25,706 nucleotides of DNA from an uncultured Dehalococcoidia bacterium. Lineage in GTDB: Bacteria > Chloroflexota > Dehalococcoidia > Dehalococcoidales > UBA3254. This document shows, one piece after another, positions 17,096-23,480 of this stretch. The stretch is from assembly GCA_903890885.1 (NCBI GenBank), contig CAITCX010000517.1, positions 1 to 25,706 on the forward strand, given 5' to 3'. The stretch's first letter is position 1. Each line of letters opens with the position of its first letter. Under the pieces are notes generated by a model, which was given only the letters and a program-made list of their open reading frames with translations, was not told where the DNA came from and searched no databases. The position numbers and the translations under genes were made by a program.

Positions 17096-18295
17096 TTATT
17101 GGGTTATGATACCGGCATCCGCCGGCATACCGGACTTGAGCTTCTGTTCCGGATTGGGCAAGGTTATCTTCACGGCAATTACAGTTTTCGCCCGCTCTTC
17201 CACGGTCTGAACATTTTTAGGTGTAAATTCTGCTGCGGATGAGATAAATGTCACGGTCCCCTGAAATACTTGTCCGGGATAAGCATCTACCGCCACATTG
17301 GCTTTTTGTCCGAGTTTAACCAGACCTATTTGCCTCTCAGGAACATATATTGTGAGAGTCAATTTTTTGAGGTCAGATAGTGTCAGAACCGATATTCCAG
17401 GCTGGGCTAAATCACCAATTTCTGCATTTCGTTGAGTTACTGTGCCTGCCACCAGTGAAGCAATAACAGTTCTGGAAAGGTTAACCTGCGCCAATTCCAA
17501 AGATGCCTGGGCTTGATCTACCTGTTTGGCGGCGGTTTGCGCGGCCTTATCTGTCACATCAACTTGCCTGGCGGCCGTTTGGGCGGCTTTGTCTGCACCC
17601 TCTGCCGCTGCGGAAGCAACTTGATAAGCTGCCTGCAACTGGTCTGTACTGGCCTTGAGACTTTGAGGATTATTTTTAATAGCCAGCAAACTATCCAGCA
17701 CAATCCTGGCGCCGTCTCGCTGTTGAGTGGCATAAACTAATTTGAAGGGATATACGGCATCGTTGATTGACCCCGTAATATCCTCAGCGTATTCTAAGCC
17801 CTTTTCCGCTAAGTCCAGTTGGCTTTGAGCCTGGGCGATGCGAATATCGATCTCCAGCGGATTTTGTTGTATTTCTTGAGCATCCTTCCAGGCCGTTTTG
17901 GCGCCATCCATATAAATCTTAGCCTGGTTTTGCGCTGCCTGGGCCTGTTGTAAGACGGCCTGGGCAACCGGCAGCCCTGCCTGAGCTTGTTGCAAAGCGC
18001 TCTGGGCTACCTGCAGGGTGGCTTGAGCCTGCTTAAGTTGGGCCTGCTGTATAGAATCATCCAGTTTGATAATAGCATCACCCGGGGTAACCTGATCGCC
18101 TTCATCGAATGCAATTGAGATTATGCGTCCGCTTATTTCTGGCGATATCCCGACATTGGTAGATTCGATAAATCCAGAAGCTTTAATTGTAGAAATATCA
18201 ACTGGCGCTTCTTTGCGGTGATAGTTCCACCATAGTCCACCGCCAACGCCGATTACTAATAAAACGATTACCGGTATCAGAATTCGTTTGTGCAT
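17096..18295 (-). CDS. HlyD/YbhG-family membrane fusion protein
   Basis: N-terminal TM, ASGFIE, lipoyl-like ISGRIISIAFDEGDQV, long Ala/Gln coiled coil, AEFTPKNVQT, LKSGMPAD. SD AGGAGG. Confidence 0.93.
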   Translation of the reverse strand: MHKRILIPVIVLLVIGVGGGLWWNYHRKEAPVDISTIKASGFIESTNVGISPEISGRIISIAFDEGDQVTPGDAIIKLDDSIQQAQLKQAQATLQVAQSALQQAQAGLPVAQAVLQQAQAAQNQAKIYMDGAKTAWKDAQEIQQNPLEIDIRIAQAQSQLDLAEKGLEYAEDITGSINDAVYPFKLVYATQQRDGARIVLDSLLAIKNNPQSLKASTDQLQAAYQVASAAAEGADKAAQTAARQVDVTDKAAQTAAKQVDQAQASLELAQVNLSRTVIASLVAGTVTQRNAEIGDLAQPGISVLTLSDLKKLTLTIYVPERQIGLVKLGQKANVAVDAYPGQVFQGTVTFISSAAEFTPKNVQTVEERAKTVIAVKITLPNPEQKLKSGMPADAGIITQ

Positions 18296-18307
18296 ATTCC
18301 CTCCTTT

Positions 18308-18952
18308 TTACTTGCCCGCCCGTGGTTTAGCGCCTGGCTGGTTTAGTCCAAAAAGTACAAAGTTCACCATTTCGTCGACGATTTGGCCTTGCGGCAGGCG
18401 GTTCAAAGGGCTATTCTCACCCTCTATACTTTTTAAAAAATTCATACCCAGCATCATGCCGCCGACCAATCTGACAGTAACGGCAGGTTCCATAGGCCGG
18501 AATTCTCCTGCCTCAACGCGCGCGCGATAGAGTTCTTCCATCCTGGCTAAAAATGGCCGTATAAGTTTTTCCATGAATATGGCCCTCAGTTCAGCATCAC
18601 GCTGAATCTCTCCGATCAGAGATAACAGCTTGGTCAAAAGTACACTTTGTAAAATGGAAAGGCGTTCATTTAAGGCTTTTTTCAAGGTTTTCTGAAAATT
18701 TTCTCCGGTCTCATTTTTAAAGACATTAAGTATTGGAACTACCATCAAGCTCTCTATGACAGCGATGAATAATTCCCGTTTGCTGGGATAATAAATATAG
18801 ATAGTACCTGTCGCCAGACCGGCTGACCTGGCGATCTCAGGCATGGTGGATTCCGCGTAACCCTGTTTAGCAAAAAGGTCCAAAGCCGCGTCCAATATTT
18901 GTTGACGCCGTTTGTCCCCAATTTGTTTCTTTCTGGTCTCTCTATCAGCCAT
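18308..18952 (-). CDS. TetR/AcrR-family transcriptional regulator
   Basis: RQQILDAALDLFAKQGYAESTMPEIARSAGLATGTIYIYYPSKRELF. SD AAGGAGG. Confidence 0.95.
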   Translation of the reverse strand: MADRETRKKQIGDKRRQQILDAALDLFAKQGYAESTMPEIARSAGLATGTIYIYYPSKRELFIAVIESLMVVPILNVFKNETGENFQKTLKKALNERLSILQSVLLTKLLSLIGEIQRDAELRAIFMEKLIRPFLARMEELYRARVEAGEFRPMEPAVTVRLVGGMMLGMNFLKSIEGENSPLNRLPQGQIVDEMVNFVLFGLNQPGAKPRAGK

Positions 18953-18965
18953 CCTGGCCTCCTTG

Positions 18966-19021
18966 ATATAATGAATGAATGGTCATTCATTATATTATAT
19001 ATCTTGCGCACGAAAAGTCAA
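18966..19021 (-). promoter_or_regulatory. Promoter and palindromic TetR operator
   Basis: Perfect 13-bp arms ATATAATGAATGA-N4-TCATTCATTATAT (18966-18995) overlap a minus-strand TTGACT-N16-TATAAT (19021-18994). Confidence 0.85.
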
Positions 19022-19493
19022 GGGTACTCCGGGTACGGCTGCAGGGGTGAGGGTCAATTATTTTGCTTCGGTTGCTGAAGAGGGTAAAAATTTATTAAAA
19101 TTGGTTAAACGAAAGGCTTAATTACAGGTTCGCCTGGAGATTATTTTGGTGCGGCAAAAATGAATCGGATTGTCTTGCAGCTGCAATAAATATTTAAACG
19201 TCATTACCAATGCAGGTTAAAAATGTTTATTTCTTTAATGACGTGGAGTATACCTCCATTGCTCCGTGGTTCGAAAACAATATCGCGAAATTGAGATTAA
19301 TTCAGCCCCAGTACGCCACCCCGGCACCGGCTGTCTCTGCAACAACGGCCACTGCTGTTCCAACTCCGGCTGGTCTGCCCGGTTGCAGCAGCCGCTACAT
19401 CATGTAATGTGACGGCTAAAACTTCAATAACTGCTGTTTTAACCTGTGAGTTATGCCTGAAGGATAATGCGGTTTTAAGGTCAAAACCCGCTC

Positions 19494-19522
19494 TTGACTT
19501 GCTAGGCTGCGTTCAATAACAT
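19494..19522 (+). promoter_or_regulatory. Sigma70-type promoter for the TIGR04076-like gene
   Basis: TTGACT-N17-TAACAT, about 140 nt upstream of the ATG. Confidence 0.55.
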
Positions 19523-19663
19523 AGATGGTAACTCCATTAAGAGGTAGGGGGCAGCTACCTCAATATCAGTGTTTTACGATACTGGCGGCTTATCCTTTGT
19601 TATATTCAGGCAGTGATGGAGCGGCTACTTCTTGTGCCCTATTTTATTGAAGGAGGAACAGGT

Positions 19664-19999
19664 ATGTCACCAGAGTATGACGTGCGAATTAAGGTAATAT
19701 CCCAGGAGGGCAGGTGCGGCGCCGGTCATAAAGTTGGGGATGAATGGATCGTGGGTGCTACAACTCCCGGTGGCATGTGTTTCAATGCCTTCGCTGTTCT
19801 GCAATCCAATATCAGGATCCTGAGGTTTGGCGGTAAATTTCCCTGGGGGAGAAATCCGGATAGTCTTAGATTAGCCTGCTCCGACTTCAGGAATCCGGTT
19901 ATCTTTGAAATTAGCCGCATCTATAAACCGGGTGAGGAACCGCCCCCGGTTGAAGCGGCAGAAAAGGCTCCGCCCATGCCTCCACCACCTGTGAAATAA
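19664..19999 (+). CDS. TIGR04076-family protein with a Pro-rich C-terminal tail
   Basis: VRIKVISQEGRCGAGHKVGDEW, GGMCFNAF, LRFGGKFPW and ACSDFRNPVIFEISR. ATG 19664 follows AGGAGG. Confidence 0.8.
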   Translation: MSPEYDVRIKVISQEGRCGAGHKVGDEWIVGATTPGGMCFNAFAVLQSNIRILRFGGKFPWGRNPDSLRLACSDFRNPVIFEISRIYKPGEEPPPVEAAEKAPPMPPPPVK

Positions 20000-20002
20000 A
20001 AG

Positions 20003-20047
20003 TGGTTTGCCTGGAGGGATTCTAACCCTCGACTACCGGTTTCGAAG
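20003..20047 (-). mobile_element. Decayed tRNA-Arg(TCG) 3'-half fragment, probable att junction of an integrative element
   Basis: Minus strand CTTCGAA-ACCGG-TAGTC-GAGGG-TTAGAAT-CCCTC-CAGGCAA-A-CCA reads as anticodon loop, 3' anticodon strand, variable loop, T-arm, acceptor strand, discriminator and CCA. The 5' half is absent. Confidence 0.8.
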
Positions 20048-20133
20048 TGCGTCTGTAAAGACAACTTTAGCCTTATAATGTCACCATTTATTATTAGGAC
20101 TTAAGGGAGTATTACGCGCCATGGTGACTAATG

Positions 20134-20167
20134 TTTGCTAACAAAGAATAGCAAACAGAATAGCAAA
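20134..20167. repeat. TAGCAAA repeats, putative integrase arm-type sites
   Basis: TTTGCTA (20134, inverted) plus GAATAGCAAA at 20146 and 20158, about 90-120 bp inside the att fragment. Confidence 0.55.
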
Positions 20168-20286
20168 AACCAATAACAATGACCCAAATATTATCTTCCG
20201 CTAAATTATTTGGATATTCAGCATTTAGGCCGCATTTACCAAACTGTAACTATTTTTCAAAATATTTACCTTAAATTGGCCAAATC

Positions 20287-20397
20287 GTGAGGACTTAGTG
20301 AGAATTGGCGGGTATAATAAGTGCTTAGAAGGTGAAAAGTGGCAATTAGATGATTGTTTATATCTGCTGAATTCAAACTGTAAAAACATTTTCCATC
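20287..20397 (+). repeat. Dispersed box element, copy 3, with an ~80-nt leader shared with copy 4
   Basis: GTGAGGA (20287), GTGAGAA (20298), 8 nt, TATAAT (20313). About 80% identical to 23298-23407 over ~105 bp by manual alignment. Confidence 0.85.
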
Positions 20398-20464
20398 ACT
20401 CGTTTGTTTTTCTGTCTTTTAAATTGTATACTCTTCCCTAGCTTCAAGATTAAGGGGGTGTATA

Positions 20465-23137
20465 ATGGCGCCAGTCATTCTAGCAGTAACCAGTTCCCGG
20501 ATTACCGGTATTTCATTTGACGATCTGATCAAATTAAGCACGCAAACCATACTCGAAAATGTTTCCCCCAGCCATACTTTCTATGTCTATGTTTACGGGG
20601 TAGACGTTAAATATTCCGTGATAACCGAAGAAGTGAAGAGCAAGATAATAACTTACCCCAGCGGAAGGAAACACTTTAGCATCAGAACACTGTCATTTAC
20701 TATCAAAAGCAGCCGCAGCCTGACCGGTCTTATTCCAATACCCGGAATAGGCAGCATCCTGGAACTGGAAGTGCAGGTACCCTCATCTCTCAAACTCAAA
20801 AAGCTGGAAGGCGCCGAGCGCTTTGGCCCGGTCATGTTTACTAAAATCAAGGTGGTTGATGAGAACACGGGCACCAGTAATCTCTGGCCGCTGTGCATCC
20901 TGTTGAATGTCCCCACCATTCTGGGCGTTACCACTAAAAAGGTTGATGCAATAGCGAATCCTTCAAATCCTAAAGAAATTTATGCCAGTTTATTGAAAGA
21001 GAACCTGGCAACCCTGGTTAAAGGGACTACACCAGGCGTCCTCCGCCGTGGTTCAAACCGCGAGAACCCACCCACGGACGTGTATATTTACGGATGCAAT
21101 TTTATTAGTCCTGAGGTCAAGCCGGTCGAAATTGCCGCGCTTGATCACCTTTTAATTAGCAAAGATAGACGCTATCCCAGGAGAATTTGTACTATAGAAT
21201 TCGATTTTTCCATCGGGCCGCTGTCCAAGAAGTTTCATTTCACCCTCCAGGAAATAGCCGTGTCGCTGCCCTCGATGGCAGAACTTCAGGATTCCAGTAA
21301 TTACTTGCGGAACGCTATCCTGATGGCCTTTGGCGTTAAGGTGGTCAATGACTACGGAAGCGGAGAAGAGAGCAATGCCTGGCAATGGCCGATGTGGCTG
21401 CCGCTGCCGATTATCTCCGCAGTCGAACCGGATAAGGAAACTGGCTATGGCAACGGAAAGTACCTGGCAAAACAAACCTCCCTTCTTGACCAGGGCGAGG
21501 TGCGCTGGTATTTCGGGAACCCCTTCAGCGATCAGAGAAAACCTCTGCCAAAGTGTCTTCAGGGCATCGCCGCTGATCTTCAGAAGATAGACAGGATCCC
21601 TTTTGACCGTTTGAGCACAGTCTGGAATTTCAAGGCGGATGAATTGACGGGCAAGAAAACCGTGGTGCTCCCTCAAGACCTGGTCAATGTCCTCAAGGAA
21701 ATACGCGAGGCTGGAGACCTGTGCCAGGTTCTGCCTGATCACTGGAGTGATGATACCCTTATTTTCCGCCGGCCCTTTGAGAAATGTTACCAGGATACCT
21801 GCGGTTATATATACGATCCGGCCGAGGGAGATCCAGGCCGCGGAATCCAGCCCTGGACGCCTTTCGACTTTCTTCCGGCTTCCTGGGTCTGCCCCAATTG
21901 CGGCAACGGCCGTCAATATTTTGTAGAAAACGGAGAACAGAGAAAAAAGGACACGGGTTTCGCAGTTGTCTGGCGCGGCGATATCCCGTCATTACCCTTG
22001 CCCATTAACCTGTTTGAATACGTCAGAGAACTGGCTAAACGTCTCTGGCGGCCGGTGATTGGCAATGGAATATCGGACTTCTCTGTCCCTGTTCCTGTCC
22101 CGGTCGGAGAGGTCATCCATCTGGGAGTAGAACGGCTGGAAGACGTCTCTAATGAGCTTTTACAATTTATCAATGCCCAGGACGGCTTAACCGTGCAATT
22201 TGCCTTCTTGTCCAGTAATGGGAATACCGCAGATTTCAAATTGCAGGACGGTCAGGTATCAGGTCTTTCTGCGGAAACTGCCGTTGATAGAAGCGATTTC
22301 TTCACCGAGCTTCTCGAACCCGGAAAGACCGGCATTGGGGAGGCGATTAAATTTATTTATAATCCCACTGCCGGCGATTTCTACCTGCAGCTGCACATCA
22401 TTATCAAAGGCAAGATCACACTTTTTGGACAGGAGATAATAATATCTGAACCCGGTGAACCGGGTTGGGACTTCCCTATCGGCCCGCGGCTGAAGTTCTG
22501 CCCCGAGCAGATCAAGCTGCCCACAGTGGCCATTTTCTTTGAAGATAGATATTACATGGGCCGGGCTTTAGTGGCGTTTCCATCCGGAACAGGCTTGTTC
22601 GGCGATGATGATATTAAAATCGATGCGCAAACTGAGGATGCTGCTGGCTTGAACCAAAAAAGGTTTAAGATCGTCAACCAGTTAGCTCTCCTTAATGGTC
22701 TGCTTGATAAAATTAGCTGGTTTGTCAATATCCCGGCTCTTGATAAGGTCTCAGAGGTCATTGGCAGAATCTGCGCCATTGGTGGATCGCTCATGAGCAG
22801 CAAGGGTAGTATCAATGATCTAGGAGAATATTGTCTGGCCAAGCCGGATCTTTTAGGTATAGGCGGTTCGAGTTTCGCCAATTGTATTTCTTCCGCGGTG
22901 ATAATCGGACTGCCATATAATTATTCCGGGACGAAGATCATCTGCTGGGAGGGGCCGTTGACTGCGGTGGATCGAGGGCGGCGGCTCGAGCTGCCGATAC
23001 CGGATAACCAGTATATATACACGGTCAATGACTTCAGATATGTCACAACTATTCCGGAAGTTATCGAAGGAGTTGGGTTCGGCGAACCGAATGGTTTCAA
23101 CGATGCTGTCATAGGCATCGAATTCGCCGCTGATTAG
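20465..23137 (+). CDS. 890-aa multidomain protein of unknown function: IPT/TIG-like segments, internal rubredoxin, split beta/gamma-crystallin-like C-terminus
   Basis: Uninterrupted ORF after AAGGGGG. Rubredoxin sequence is clear; TIG-like ([17 protein letters not shown]) and crystallin-like ([29 protein letters not shown]) motifs are inferred by eye. Confidence 0.85.
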   Translation: MAPVILAVTSSRITGISFDDLIKLSTQTILENVSPSHTFYVYVYGVDVKYSVITEEVKSKIITYPSGRKHFSIRTLSFTIKSSRSLTGLIPIPGIGSILELEVQVPSSLKLKKLEGAERFGPVMFTKIKVVDENTGTSNLWPLCILLNVPTILGVTTKKVDAIANPSNPKEIYASLLKENLATLVKGTTPGVLRRGSNRENPPTDVYIYGCNFISPEVKPVEIAALDHLLISKDRRYPRRICTIEFDFSIGPLSKKFHFTLQEIAVSLPSMAELQDSSNYLRNAILMAFGVKVVNDYGSGEESNAWQWPMWLPLPIISAVEPDKETGYGNGKYLAKQTSLLDQGEVRWYFGNPFSDQRKPLPKCLQGIAADLQKIDRIPFDRLSTVWNFKADELTGKKTVVLPQDLVNVLKEIREAGDLCQVLPDHWSDDTLIFRRPFEKCYQDTCGYIYDPAEGDPGRGIQPWTPFDFLPASWVCPNCGNGRQYFVENGEQRKKDTGFAVVWRGDIPSLPLPINLFEYVRELAKRLWRPVIGNGISDFSVPVPVPVGEVIHLGVERLEDVSNELLQFINAQDGLTVQFAFLSSNGNTADFKLQDGQVSGLSAETAVDRSDFFTELLEPGKTGIGEAIKFIYNPTAGDFYLQLHIIIKGKITLFGQEIIISEPGEPGWDFPIGPRLKFCPEQIKLPTVAIFFEDRYYMGRALVAFPSGTGLFGDDDIKIDAQTEDAAGLNQKRFKIVNQLALLNGLLDKISWFVNIPALDKVSEVIGRICAIGGSLMSSKGSINDLGEYCLAKPDLLGIGGSSFANCISSAVIIGLPYNYSGTKIICWEGPLTAVDRGRRLELPIPDNQYIYTVNDFRYVTTIPEVIEGVGFGEPNGFNDAVIGIEFAAD
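21779..21928 (+). other. Embedded rubredoxin domain (C-x4-C...C-x2-C)
   Basis: [50 protein letters not shown]; Cys at codons 441, 446, 476 and 479. Confidence 0.9.
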
Positions 23138-23272
23138 CCTAAATAACAGCACTATGACAAATCAGATCAGCTATTATTATAACTTGCCTGCATTCATGGG
23201 CAGTTCGCTTTTTCCCTCTGCGCTTGCCCTGGGTCCCCGCCGCTGCTCTGGCCGCTTGTGCCCCGGATCATC

Positions 23273-23407
23273 AAAAAGCCCCCAAAATGAGAAAATAGTG
23301 AGGACTTCGTGAGAATTGACGGGTATAATAGGGTCTTAGTACCATAAAAGCGGCAAATAAGATCATTATTTATATCGGCTGAATTCAAGCCGTTAAAAAT
23401 TCCCATC
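23273..23407 (+). repeat. Dispersed box element, copy 4 (longest)
   Basis: ATGAGAA (23287), GTGAGGA (23298), GTGAGAA (23309), 8 nt, TATAAT (23324). Left part is shared with copy 2 and right part with copy 3. Confidence 0.85.
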
Positions 23408-23480
23408 TTGTTCACGCTCAATAACAGGTATATAATAGGCATAATCTTAAAGACTTCTAATTTTAAGGATAACAATAATT

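Noticed and set aside
19210-19407. 65-aa ORF with a Pro/Thr/Ala-rich tail
   Set aside because: No RBS or recognisable domain; at best a linker remnant.
19523-19630. Canonical fluoride or lysine riboswitch
   Set aside because: Only short word matches. The fluoride P1/pseudoknot partners are missing, and the span is far too short for a lysine aptamer.
20003-20047. Functional tRNA gene
   Set aside because: The 5' half is missing (upstream ACGCA cannot pair with ACCGG) and the T-loop is mutated.
20287-23407. The box repeats as a family of minus-strand protein genes (LLYPxILTKSS)
   Set aside because: Copy 3 vs 4 differences are spread over codon positions (8/5/6) with a frameshifting indel, and copy 1 is flanked by stops. 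Kept only as a tentative idea for copy 2.
10601-23407. Integron attC cassette array
   Set aside because: The repeats lack the inverted R''/R' cores and hairpin symmetry of attC, flanking genes are in mixed orientation, and no IntI is present.
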